A stretch of DNA of 32,000 nt from Candidatus Saccharimonadota bacterium (GTDB lineage: Archaea > Nanohalarchaeota > Nanosalinia > Nanosalinales > Nanosalinaceae), in the NCBI RefSeq assembly GCF_029232205.1, contig NZ_CP107255.1, positions 510,001 through 542,000 of the forward strand. The letters run 5' to 3'. Under the pieces are notes generated by a model that searched no databases, was not told where the DNA came from, and was given only the letters and a program-made list of their open reading frames with translations. Position numbers and translations under genes: made by a program. The stretch's first letter is position 1. Each line of letters opens with the position of its first letter. Shown in pieces: positions 17,960-26,465 of the stretch.

Positions 17960-18208
17960 ATGGAAAGAAAAAAGCTGAAGGCCTATTTTGATTATTTCCT
18001 GCCGAGGGAGGTTGTTGGGCCTGTTATTATTGTTTTCTCCTTGGAGGGTGTGATCAGCGGTTTGTTTGATCTTTATGTTCCTCAGAGTTCTGCCACTATT
18101 GGCTGGGGCCTGATCTTTGTATTGTCGATTATCCTGGTTGGTTACTGGGGTAGGATTGATGAGAAAGGCCTTGAGGAGCTTGAGGAAAGAATTGAGGATA
18201 TGGATTAG
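17960..18208 (+). CDS. Small membrane protein (2 TM)
   Basis: Two hydrophobic helices followed by an acidic tail. Confidence 0.4.
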   Translation: MERKKLKAYFDYFLPREVVGPVIIVFSLEGVISGLFDLYVPQSSATIGWGLIFVLSIILVGYWGRIDEKGLEELEERIEDMD

Positions 18209-18624
18209 ATTTCAAGGTGTTCTTCTACGACCTCTTGAACCTGTTCGGCCGTATTGATTTCTGTTACCTGTTCTCCTTCTTCTACAGTGATTTCTGTGTC
18301 TCCTGCTGTTAGTTCAAGTGTTTGATCTCTGTAGTCGAGGTCGAAAGAGGGCATGTATGTCATTGGTTCATCCCAGTTTTCTTGATCTAGTTCAATGTTG
18401 AAGTGGCCCTGGTATCCTATGTTTTCGTAAGGGTCTTTTCTGTTGAATTTTCCTGTAGTAATTTCTCCCTGACTGAAAAGTGTTTCAAGGCCTATATCCT
18501 GCCACATCATGTTTTTAAGTTCCGACTTTCTCTCCTGTTCTTCTGATCCTGGTCCATAGCCGGACATAGTGAAACGGCCTTCCATCAGTTCTTCGTATTC
18601 AACCCTTTCATCTTCTGACAACAT
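18205..18624 (-). CDS. Hypothetical acidic protein
   Basis: 139-aa ORF with no recognised motif. Confidence 0.4.
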   Translation of the reverse strand: MLSEDERVEYEELMEGRFTMSGYGPGSEEQERKSELKNMMWQDIGLETLFSQGEITTGKFNRKDPYENIGYQGHFNIELDQENWDEPMTYMPSFDLDYRDQTLELTAGDTEITVEEGEQVTEINTAEQVQEVVEEHLEI

Positions 18625-18712
18625 ACATCATATGCTATACTATCATAATTGTTTTAACAGTAAAGTAGCAACGCCTCTCCAGTTTTTAACTCTGGCTTTC
18701 AAAACCAAGCTT

Positions 18713-18889
18713 ATGGATATTGACAGAGAGAAGGCCTTGACGATCGCTGGAATAGTTGCTGTCCTGGCAGGCATACTTGTAGTACCTCCGCTGGTGCAGA
18801 AATTCTATGGTTTCAGCGCTGTGAAAACTGCTTTCGTAGTTATCGTTCTCTACGCTGTCATCAATTACGCTATGCAACAGAGAAGGTAG
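18713..18889 (+). CDS. Possible small membrane protein (58 aa)
   Basis: ORF 18569..18889 trimmed to the ATG at 18713 (MDIDREKALTIAGIVAVLAGILVV..), which avoids overlap with the divergent gene. Two hydrophobic segments. Confidence 0.3.
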   Translation: MDIDREKALTIAGIVAVLAGILVVPPLVQKFYGFSAVKTAFVVIVLYAVINYAMQQRR

Positions 18890-18930
18890 CAGTATTTGAA
18901 AATTACAGTCCAATAACTGGTTGTCAACAG

Positions 18931-19005
18931 GCGGCTGTAGTGTAGTCTGGCCAATCATCACGCCCTCTCGAGGCGTAGACCCGGGTTCAAATCCCGGCAG
19001 CCGCA
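18931..19005 (+). tRNA. tRNA-Glu (anticodon CUC)
   Basis: Acceptor GCGGCTG/CAGCCGC and D region GTGTAGTCTGGCCAATCAT, typical of archaeal tRNA-Glu. Anticodon stem ACGCC/GGCGT with loop CT-CTC-GA. T arm CCGGG-TTCAAAT-CCCGG. Confidence 0.85.
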
Positions 19006-19075
19006 TCACTTCGTGCTGCTAAATCCGGAGATTTAGACGAAAAACCTGCTTTTTCGAAAATCCCGGCAGCCGCAT
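18989..19075 (+). repeat. 18-nt direct repeat of the tRNA-Glu 3' end (18989..19006 and 19058..19075) bracketing a 51-nt spacer with two hairpins
   Basis: AAATCCCGGCAGCCGCAT occurs twice. The spacer holds hairpins AAATC-CGGA-GATTT (19021..19034) and CGAAAAA-CCTGC-TTTTTCG (19038..19056). Confidence 0.8.
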
Positions 19076-19177
19076 AAAAACTATTCTAAAGGCCTTCTAC
19101 TCCAAGTTAAGCAAAAAAGAATGTTGTTTGTGACTAAAGGGTAACACATATAAAGTTGAGGGTTTTTACTGGGTTAT

Positions 19178-20368
19178 GTGACAAGTTCTCTCATAGTTCC
19201 TGCATTCAATGAACAAGATGTCATTGTGGAGGCAGTCCGACATCTAACCAGAATTGAGAGATACTTCAACGAGATCTATGTAGTGGACGATGGTTCAACG
19301 GACTACACTCCAGAGATTGTGAGAGAGTTTCTGGATGTCAAGCAGACAAAGGTAGAGTTCATTCAGCTGGAGAAAAATACCAGCAAAGTCGGCGCAATCA
19401 AAAAGGCCGTAGAAATGTCCTCGTCCGACAAAATTACTTTGATGGATGCAGATACTCGAATCAGAAACCCTGAGAAAATTACAGAGGCCGAAAAAATAAT
19501 TGAAGACGAAGGCCTTGCAGGGCTTGCATTCAAAGTCGTGCCTGACAGGCCTTCCGCACTGAAGGATAAAATCTGGTCGATGGTTCAGGATCTTGATTAT
19601 GGAGTAGGAAGGATTTCACACCTCTATACTTCAAGTGAGAGATTGAGGTTCCGAGGCCAGAAAACAGTTAGATGTGTGCCAGGAGCTGGAGGAATGTACG
19701 ATAGAGAAACACTTCTTGAGGCCTTCGAGTATCACAGCGGAAGACACTCTGGTGACGACATGGAACTGACATCTATAATACAGTTCGAGCTGGGGGAGGA
19801 GATCGATCTCTACGATGAAATTGACTTCGAGACTCATGTTCCGAAAAACTATTCTACACTGGTTTCGCAGAGAAAGAGATGGAGTAAAGGAGTCTTCCAG
19901 TCACTTGACTTCCAGAGAGAAGGATTCAAGTCAGAGATCAAGAAGATGACAAGAATGGGCCACATCGCGCTCTACGACGTATTTCTCATAATGATTGCAT
20001 TCGGATTTGTCAGCTACTTTTTCATGATGCTTGCGCAGGGCCGCTTCCTGAGAATGGCGGCACTGGCCCGAAGAGTCTACACAGCAGACATGATGCTAGT
20101 CACAGTAATGGGTATTTACACTTACTATAGAGGCCAGCAGGATCATAGAATGTCGATGGCGATGATACCTTTCATGCCGGCCTTCAGAGCAGCAATATTC
20201 TTCCCCTCAGTAATACTCTCGGCAGTAGAATACACATGGGACAGAGCAGCTGGAAAAGGCCCTACCTCAGTGGTTGAGGCACAGGCAACGGTCTACAGAG
20301 GAATGAATGAACCTGTCCGCCAGCCAATGAGACAGCCTCGTGAAGAGGTTGGAGGTGTTCCACAGTGA
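19178..20368 (+). CDS. Processive family-2 glycosyltransferase (cellulose/chitin/NodC-synthase-like) with C-terminal TM helices
   Basis: VVDDGSTDYT, LMDADT (DxD), GDDMELT (ED) and the QRKRW (QxxRW) motif. Several C-terminal hydrophobic helices. GTG start. Confidence 0.8.
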   Translation: MTSSLIVPAFNEQDVIVEAVRHLTRIERYFNEIYVVDDGSTDYTPEIVREFLDVKQTKVEFIQLEKNTSKVGAIKKAVEMSSSDKITLMDADTRIRNPEKITEAEKIIEDEGLAGLAFKVVPDRPSALKDKIWSMVQDLDYGVGRISHLYTSSERLRFRGQKTVRCVPGAGGMYDRETLLEAFEYHSGRHSGDDMELTSIIQFELGEEIDLYDEIDFETHVPKNYSTLVSQRKRWSKGVFQSLDFQREGFKSEIKKMTRMGHIALYDVFLIMIAFGFVSYFFMMLAQGRFLRMAALARRVYTADMMLVTVMGIYTYYRGQQDHRMSMAMIPFMPAFRAAIFFPSVILSAVEYTWDRAAGKGPTSVVEAQATVYRGMNEPVRQPMRQPREEVGGVPQ

Positions 20369-21069
20369 GTGAGGGAAACGGTGTCTACATTCAGGATGTT
20401 CCTTATGTAGTGGATTCTCAGGAAGAGCTTGAGGAGAACTACGACTTTGTCAGGGCCGTGCACGGTACTACAAGCAGGTTTCATGACTCAATCTCTGAAC
20501 ACGGTATTGTTCCGAGCGAGGATCTTCTTACAGTTGAGAAATCCAAAAGCGATGATCCTATAATCTTCTTTGGGCCTCGGGACAGTGAAGAAGTAGAGGA
20601 AATGGGTTCTCCATCTGTAGAGGTATATTCCGACGCCAAAAATTACGCTGAAAGAGCAACGGGACAGCACTTTGGAGGAAAAAGCATGCTTGTCTACGCA
20701 GATCTTCCTGTAGAAAATCTGGTGCCCGACGATGTATCAAAAGTAGATCATAGAGACGTCAACACACCATACGAATCGATCGTGGAATACGCAGTAGTAG
20801 GTCATGAAGGAGTAGTAGAACCAGAGATTTTGGCAGGCGCAGACTACGAAGGAAACACAAGACCTCCAGTCCACAACCAGACATGTTCAACAAGCGAAGA
20901 AGGCAGCGAATTCTTCCAGGCCCTGCAGAATGAAGATCTTGAAACAGCGGACGAAATAGCCAGCAACTACGACCCTCAAATAGATCTGATGGAGCACGCA
21001 GAAGTTCTAGGAGACGATTTAAGGCCTCATACAGTTATGGAAAGAGAGCATCCGGACGTATTCAATTAA
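20365..21069 (+). CDS. Hypothetical acidic protein, translationally coupled to the GT2 gene
   Basis: GTGA start/stop overlap with the GT2 gene. The segments AVHGTT..GIVP, IIFFGP and ESIVEYAVVG are discussed in findings. No family recognised with confidence. Confidence 0.45.
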   Translation: MSEGNGVYIQDVPYVVDSQEELEENYDFVRAVHGTTSRFHDSISEHGIVPSEDLLTVEKSKSDDPIIFFGPRDSEEVEEMGSPSVEVYSDAKNYAERATGQHFGGKSMLVYADLPVENLVPDDVSKVDHRDVNTPYESIVEYAVVGHEGVVEPEILAGADYEGNTRPPVHNQTCSTSEEGSEFFQALQNEDLETADEIASNYDPQIDLMEHAEVLGDDLRPHTVMEREHPDVFN

Positions 21070-21085
21070 ATTTCTGAAAAATGAA

Positions 21086-21205
21086 GGGTGGGCCGAAGAG
21101 CGAGTTACAGTCAAGAAAACGACTATTCAAACCCTCAGAGAGGGAGTCTTCCAAGCCCGACCCGCCCCGCATTAACGGCGGGACTATTGGTTCCGGCCCG
21201 GATTT
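21086..21205 (+). ncRNA. Candidate structured RNA (GC-rich intergenic element; strand and identity uncertain)
   Basis: No ORF here. GC is well above the surroundings. Closing helix GGGCCG (21090..21095)/CGGCCC (21194..21199). Internal hairpins CCCTC-AGA-GAGGG (21132..21144) and CCCGCC-N10-GGCGGG (21161..21182). Confidence 0.3.
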
Positions 21206-21284
21206 ACCAGGCCAATTACCGTTTAGATAGAAAATGTTAACTCTCTTTGGGTTTTTCTAAGAATCTTGATAGAAACTGTAGTGA

Positions 21285-21328
21285 GGAAGACCCGCAAAAT
21301 AGAGTAAAAGCGGATCTTCCTGCTTTTT
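21285..21328 (+). terminator. Hairpin plus T5 (possible bidirectional terminator between convergent units)
   Basis: GGAAGAcCCGC-N14-GCGGaTCTTCC (21285..21320) followed by TGCTTTTT. It lies 9 nt beyond the stop of the minus-strand gene at 21337. Confidence 0.4.
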
Positions 21329-21336
21329 ATGGCTAA

Positions 21337-22446
21337 TTACTTGGAGCAGGTTCTCAACTCCACTTCTTGACATAAATTATACTGAATCTTGTACCTATCT
21401 GAGACTTCTAACCAGTGCGAGTAATCTCCAATAATTCTATCTTGGATTCCTTCCCAATTGACCTTTTGTGCAGTTTCTCTACTTACCGCTATCTTAACAG
21501 CAGTAGAGCTTTCAGTGTTACCATACTGGTCTGTAGAGTTTGCTTTAGTGAAACTGACAACCTCATCAACCTCTTCAAAGTTCTCAAAAATAACCCTACT
21601 TATAGCGTAAGAGTTTGCCACGCCTGTTTTGAAAATATCGTTGTTATCCCAGTATGCTTCGCCCCGATTATATACTGAGATTGTTGTGAAGTTGCCAACT
21701 CCTCCGATGCTAACATCAGAGATTCTGTGAATATCTGTAGAACCAAGACCATAATCGGCTTTATCTTCTATCAAGCTTCTGGTGCTTTGATCAGTTAGGA
21801 CATACGGAACATCTATATTTTCGGAGACGGTAAATTCGCCGTCATCATTGCCTGAAAAGTCTAAATCTCCTGAAGTCGAAGACCTTAACTCGGCACTATG
21901 TGTGCCTGATTCAGTAACAGTATAGCTAAGTTCGAAGGAAGCTGTCTCATTAGGCTTGATAGTCTTGCTAACATTCTCTACCTTTCTACCTTCTCGATAA
22001 AGGCCTACAAGGTAAGTCCCTGAAGCATCTCCAGTGTTCTCCACCTGAGCTGTCCCAGATACCACAACAGTTTGAGACTCGTTATCTATCTGAAGACCTA
22101 AATCCTGAGAAACAACTTCATACTGTGGTGCTGGGTCTGAAGGAAGAAAACCTCCAGAAATTGCCATACCAACTATAACTACGGCAGGGACAGCATACTT
22201 CGGTAATTCAAACTCAAAGCTATCTAGAACAGACTCTCGGACTTTAGGAATCAGGAAAAACCCAACTGCTATAGTAATAATGCCTGAAATTATTGACTTA
22301 GCAAAGAATCCGAGTCCTGTTAACAGAAATAGAAGCCCAAAGGCCCATTGAGAATAGTAAGATAGGTTATTCGAGAGCTCGTCCGGTGATGTCATGATAG
22401 AGGTTAAGAGACTATTTATTAAATTATTTGGAGTGTTCTCGAACAT
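21337..22446 (-). CDS. Membrane-anchored surface protein with CARDB-like beta-sandwich segment
   Basis: ORF trimmed to the ATG at 22446 because the longer form overlaps tRNA-Leu. Two N-terminal TM helices. The segment VVVSGTAQVENTGDASGTYLVGLYREGRKV..ASFELSYTV is CARDB-like. Confidence 0.55.
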   Translation of the reverse strand: MFENTPNNLINSLLTSIMTSPDELSNNLSYYSQWAFGLLFLLTGLGFFAKSIISGIITIAVGFFLIPKVRESVLDSFEFELPKYAVPAVVIVGMAISGGFLPSDPAPQYEVVSQDLGLQIDNESQTVVVSGTAQVENTGDASGTYLVGLYREGRKVENVSKTIKPNETASFELSYTVTESGTHSAELRSSTSGDLDFSGNDDGEFTVSENIDVPYVLTDQSTRSLIEDKADYGLGSTDIHRISDVSIGGVGNFTTISVYNRGEAYWDNNDIFKTGVANSYAISRVIFENFEEVDEVVSFTKANSTDQYGNTESSTAVKIAVSRETAQKVNWEGIQDRIIGDYSHWLEVSDRYKIQYNLCQEVELRTCSK

Positions 22447-22468
22447 ATCCACAATAGAAATATGGGCT

Positions 22469-22551
22469 TGCGGGGGACAGGATTTGAACCTGCGAACCGC
22501 TAACGGACAGGAGCCTAAATCCTGCACCTTTGGCCACTTGGTTACCCCCGC
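22469..22551 (-). tRNA. tRNA-Leu (anticodon UAG), class II with long variable arm
   Basis: Reverse complement is GCGGGGG-TA-ACCAAGTGGCCAAAGGT-G-CAGGA-TT-TAG-GC-TCCTG-TCCGTTAGCGGTTC-GCAGG-TTCAAAT-CCTGT-CCCCCGC-A. Confidence 0.85.
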
Positions 22552-22629
22552 ATGTACTGGTAACGTGTGTAAAGAATTACTGAGGGTTAAGTCTTTTAAT
22601 AGGCACTGTAGTGTGAGGTTGAGGCCGTT

Positions 22630-23325
22630 GTGTCCAGCGGAATGGATTTAAACATAGGTCCCGGCAAGGTTTTTGAGGGGTATAAATCTTTGATAGAGGA
22701 TAACGGCCTTAGAATTTTCTGGGATGGTCATGCATCTGTTCGCGTAGAGGATAACGGTTTTACCGTGGCTGTTGATCCTTATTCCAAGGTTTCTCCTGAT
22801 TTTGAGGCCGATATTATTCTTGTAACTCATGAGGATTCAGGCCATTACGATCCTGAGGTTATTGAGGATATTTCTACTCCGAGAACGGTACTTTTGCTTC
22901 CTGAAGCGATGAGAGATGTTGATGCTCCTGTTGACGATGTCGAGTATCTTGATGTCGGTGAGAGAATTGATATCTACAATGTTGAGATTGAGGGAGTGCC
23001 GATGTGCAACGAGTATCATGAGAGAGGTAAAGGCCTTGGCTACCGTTTTGTAATGGCTGATACCAGTTTCTACGTTGCTGGTGATACCGGAATCTTTGAT
23101 GAGGTTATGGATCTTGAGGGCCGTGTTGATTATGCTTTTCTTCCGGTTGAGGGAGAGTACACTATGGATGTAGATGAAGCCTCGAGTATGGCGGTTAAGA
23201 TCAAGCCTCGTATGACTGTTCCTTATCATTATGGCAGGCCTTTCTTCGAGGATAAGGATGTTGATCTGAGAGGTTTCAAGGCTGAGCTGGAGAGAAGAAA
23301 TCTTTCGTGCGATCTCATGGAATGA
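22630..23325 (+). CDS. MBL-fold metal-dependent hydrolase (UPF0173-like)
   Basis: ILVTHEDSGHYD variant of the HxHxDH motif, ..AGDTG.. and LPV..YTMD. About 230 aa. GTG start, with an alternative ATG at 22642. Confidence 0.65.
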   Translation: MSSGMDLNIGPGKVFEGYKSLIEDNGLRIFWDGHASVRVEDNGFTVAVDPYSKVSPDFEADIILVTHEDSGHYDPEVIEDISTPRTVLLLPEAMRDVDAPVDDVEYLDVGERIDIYNVEIEGVPMCNEYHERGKGLGYRFVMADTSFYVAGDTGIFDEVMDLEGRVDYAFLPVEGEYTMDVDEASSMAVKIKPRMTVPYHYGRPFFEDKDVDLRGFKAELERRNLSCDLME

Positions 23326-23366
23326 TTAGTTTGAAGTCATTTGGACTCCAATAATTTTCTAGGTGA

Positions 23367-24053
23367 ATGAAAATGAATAATTCTACGAGTTTTGGTTCTG
23401 TGGATGTTGAGTGGCTTGGCCATGCATCTGTAAAACTTACTGATTCGGACGGCAAAACGGTCTATATCGATCCCTGGGGAGATGTAATGAGCGGCGAGTA
23501 CGAGAAGGCCGATGTGATTATCTCGACTCACGACCACTTCGATCACTTTGACAAGAAGATGATTCAATCATTGAAGAAGCGCGATACTGTTCTTGTGTGT
23601 ACTGAGGACTCTGAGGAAGAGGTGCCTGAAGATATTGAGTATAAGGTTATCAGGCCTGGTTCAAGTGTGAAGGCTAAAGGCCTCAGGATTAGAGGTGTTC
23701 ATGCCTATAACGTTGACAAGTTTAGGGAGCCTGATCAGCCGTTCCATCCGAAAGGTTTCTGCACGGGAGTAGTCTTTGAGATGGATGGCCAGAAGTTCTA
23801 CCATGCCTCGGATACTGATCCGATAGATGAGATGGAGGATCTGCCTTCAGATATTGATGTGGCATTCCTGCCTGTAGGAGGCCATTACACTATGAATCAG
23901 GATGAAGCTGTTAAAGCGGTGAAAAAATTCCATCCGAAGAAGGTTGTTCCTATCCACTTTGGAGTTGTTGATCAGACAACGGCCGATCCTGAAAGATTTA
24001 AAGAAGATGTAGAAGAGGAAACCAGCAGTGAAGTAGTTGTGCTGGAGTCCTAG
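23367..24053 (+). CDS. MBL-fold metal-dependent hydrolase (tandem paralog)
   Basis: VIISTHDHFDHFD (HxHxDH), YHASDTD and FLPVGGHYTMN. Colinear similarity to the upstream gene. Confidence 0.7.
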   Translation: MKMNNSTSFGSVDVEWLGHASVKLTDSDGKTVYIDPWGDVMSGEYEKADVIISTHDHFDHFDKKMIQSLKKRDTVLVCTEDSEEEVPEDIEYKVIRPGSSVKAKGLRIRGVHAYNVDKFREPDQPFHPKGFCTGVVFEMDGQKFYHASDTDPIDEMEDLPSDIDVAFLPVGGHYTMNQDEAVKAVKKFHPKKVVPIHFGVVDQTTADPERFKEDVEEETSSEVVVLES

Positions 24054-24511
24054 AGGTATTTGAAAAGCATCTCGGCGAAGAAAACCTTCACTTTATTCCA
24101 GGTCCCGTTGGCCTGGTAATCTATTTCTCCTTCATCTATTGCTGTCCTCATTTCATCTACTGGTTTATCAGACTCGACTACTTTCTCAATAACGTCTGTA
24201 GAGGTCCATACCTCGATGTCAGGGTTTTCAAGCGCGGAGTCGTCGATCTCATCTACCTTCATCCCGTTCATTTTGATGCTGATATTTGTCGCATCATCGC
24301 TTCCTTCATCAATGTAGATATTGATATTCTGGTCGCCGATCAAATCCTTGATCCATCCCGGAAGTTCATCGCTGTAAGTATTGATAGTGTCCTCATATTC
24401 GGAGAGATTGTACTCTTCAACGTTGAAGTCCTGAGTGGTATTTGACTGGGCCGAAACAGCTCCGATCATGAAAACAGTCATCAGAGCTGCAAATACAAGT
24501 TTCGATTTCAT
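24050..24511 (-). CDS. Secreted acidic protein of unknown function
   Basis: Signal-peptide-like MKSKLVFAALMTVFMIGAVSAQS. Confidence 0.5.
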   Translation of the reverse strand: MKSKLVFAALMTVFMIGAVSAQSNTTQDFNVEEYNLSEYEDTINTYSDELPGWIKDLIGDQNINIYIDEGSDDATNISIKMNGMKVDEIDDSALENPDIEVWTSTDVIEKVVESDKPVDEMRTAIDEGEIDYQANGTWNKVKVFFAEMLFKYL

Positions 24512-24546
24512 ACCTTACGATAATCAGCGCATCTATTTATCCTTTG

Positions 24547-26289
24547 TTACTTTACTGTCACGCTTTTCGCAAGGTTTCTCGGCTTGTCAGGGTTATGGCC
24601 TCTTTTAACCGCGGTCCTGTATGCAAGCAGCTGGAAGATTGCAACTTCCAGAATCTCTGAGTTCTCATCCTCCGGAACCTCGAAGAAGTGCTTGAAATCC
24701 CCCATATTCTTCCTGCCGACACCGATAATGTCTGCGCCACGGGATTCAGCCTCCTTCGCATTGGAGAAAATATCTTCAAGGCCCTCATCACGCATGAATG
24801 CGACTACCGGAGTTCCTTCCTCTACAAGTGCGATAGTACCGTGCTTGAACTCTCCGCCAGGGAAGGCCTCAGAGTGAATGTATGATAGCTCTTTCAACTT
24901 GAGAGAGGATTCCTTTGCGACTTCGAATCCTTTCTCTCTGCCGATAAAGTATACGTGTTCCTGTTTCTGCAGGTATTCGCTGACCTCTTCAACAGTATCC
25001 TCATTATCTTCCAGAACTTCTGGTATCTTTCCTGCTGACTTGATCAGTGATTCGCGGGCCTCTTTGAGAGAGCTCTGTGCAGTCATTCCTATCAATTTGA
25101 GAACTGCAAGCTGGGCTGTGAAGGCCTTTGTAGATGCGACCCCTATCTCTGGGCCTGCGTTGATGTACATGGTGTGGTCTGCTTTGCGTGCGAGTGTGGA
25201 ACCTACCACGTTAACGATAGATAGGACAGGTGCATCAACCCCTTCCAGCATGGAAAGAAGGTCCGCTGTCTCACCTGACTGACTGATCGCGATAATCAGA
25301 TCGTCGTCTTTGACATGGTTGTTCCAGTACTCCATTTCGTGACTCTGCTCAGATATGACATCGTAACCGGCCTCTCTAAGATATTTTGCTCCAAGATCGG
25401 CTGCGTAGCTTGAGGTTCCGCATCCTGAAAGATATACTGTATCGGCCTCTTCAATCATCTCAATTGCTTTCTTCACATCGCTGTGATCCTGGAAAACCGC
25501 CCTCTTCACTGTATCTGGCTGCTCATTTATCTCTTTCTGCATGAAGTGATCATGGCCTTCCTTGGAGGCCTCCTCTGCATCCCAGTCGATATGGTTGACC
25601 TCTCTTTCAATTATTTCTCTATTATTCTTTATCTCATAGTTTCCGCCTTCTATTCTGACTATGTCGCCGTCTTCGAGAAATACTGCTTTGTCGGTGTGTT
25701 CGAGGAAGGGAGTTACGTCGGAGGCCAGGAACAGCTCTCCATCCGAGATCCCGAGTGCCAATGGAGAACTTTCCTTGAATGCCGCCATCTCTCCGCTATC
25801 TTTTACCGCTACTACTGCGTAGGAGCCTTCAAGCATATCCACTACCTCCTCAACAGCTCTGTGGAAATCATTCAGCTCTCTGTGTTTTTCTTCGATAAGC
25901 CTTGGAATAACTTCTGTATCTGTCTCCGACCTAAAATCATGGCCTGAGAGATGCTCCTCCTTCAACTCCTCGTAGTTATTGATAATTCCGTTATGAACTA
26001 CCGCTATATCTCCCGAACGACTTCTGTGAGGATGTGCATTGTAGTCTGTTACACCACCATGTGTGGCCCAGCGAGTATGTCCGATTCCGACGTTGCCATC
26101 GATCTCAGCCTCTGAGATATCGTTGATGGCCTCGTCGATTGTACCTGTTCCTTTCTCTACCTTTACTGTAGGGTTTCCTGCCGTGGCAATACCAGCAGAA
26201 TCATATCCCCGGTACTCCAACTTCTTCAATCCTCTGTAAATTTTCTCGGCCGCTTCATCTTCACCGCTGTATCCAACAATTCCACACAT
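24547..26289 (-). CDS. glmS: Glutamine--fructose-6-phosphate aminotransferase (isomerizing)
   Basis: N-terminal MCGIVGY (Ntn Cys), GHTRWATHG, two SIS domains (ISQSGETADL) and C-terminal ..AKSVTVK. Confidence 0.9.
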   Translation of the reverse strand: MCGIVGYSGEDEAAEKIYRGLKKLEYRGYDSAGIATAGNPTVKVEKGTGTIDEAINDISEAEIDGNVGIGHTRWATHGGVTDYNAHPHRSRSGDIAVVHNGIINNYEELKEEHLSGHDFRSETDTEVIPRLIEEKHRELNDFHRAVEEVVDMLEGSYAVVAVKDSGEMAAFKESSPLALGISDGELFLASDVTPFLEHTDKAVFLEDGDIVRIEGGNYEIKNNREIIEREVNHIDWDAEEASKEGHDHFMQKEINEQPDTVKRAVFQDHSDVKKAIEMIEEADTVYLSGCGTSSYAADLGAKYLREAGYDVISEQSHEMEYWNNHVKDDDLIIAISQSGETADLLSMLEGVDAPVLSIVNVVGSTLARKADHTMYINAGPEIGVASTKAFTAQLAVLKLIGMTAQSSLKEARESLIKSAGKIPEVLEDNEDTVEEVSEYLQKQEHVYFIGREKGFEVAKESSLKLKELSYIHSEAFPGGEFKHGTIALVEEGTPVVAFMRDEGLEDIFSNAKEAESRGADIIGVGRKNMGDFKHFFEVPEDENSEILEVAIFQLLAYRTAVKRGHNPDKPRNLAKSVTVK

Positions 26290-26465
26290 GACTACAACCT
26301 TACATTACCAATCAGACTTTATAAATACTTTCTCTAAAGGCCATAAACCGGTAAAAGAGAGCTTGTAACGGAACCGGGTTGAAACTGCTCAAAACTCATC
26401 TCCTTTTAAAGAGTTGCTGTGGAAACCACCAAAAGCAGTAAAAAAGATTTTGTACCAGTAAAATA

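Noticed and set aside
18686-19009. 107-aa minus-strand ORF
   Set aside because: It is antisense to tRNA-Glu and to the small plus-strand ORF. Its N-terminus (MMRLPGFEPGSTPRE) is the reverse translation of the tRNA T-arm.
21285-21330. RNase P RNA CR-I-like string (minus strand AGGAAGAUCCGC versus consensus AGGAAAGUCCG), and SRP-like CCAGGCC at 21207
   Set aside because: The string pairs locally with the adjacent GCGGGTCTTCC as a simple hairpin. No P4 partner, CR-IV/V or SRP helix-8 GGAAGG.AGCA motif was found.
22447-22527. N-terminal extension of the 21337..22527 ORF
   Set aside because: The extension is antisense-coincident with tRNA-Leu (22469..22551). The internal ATG at 22446 gives a clean start just outside the tRNA.
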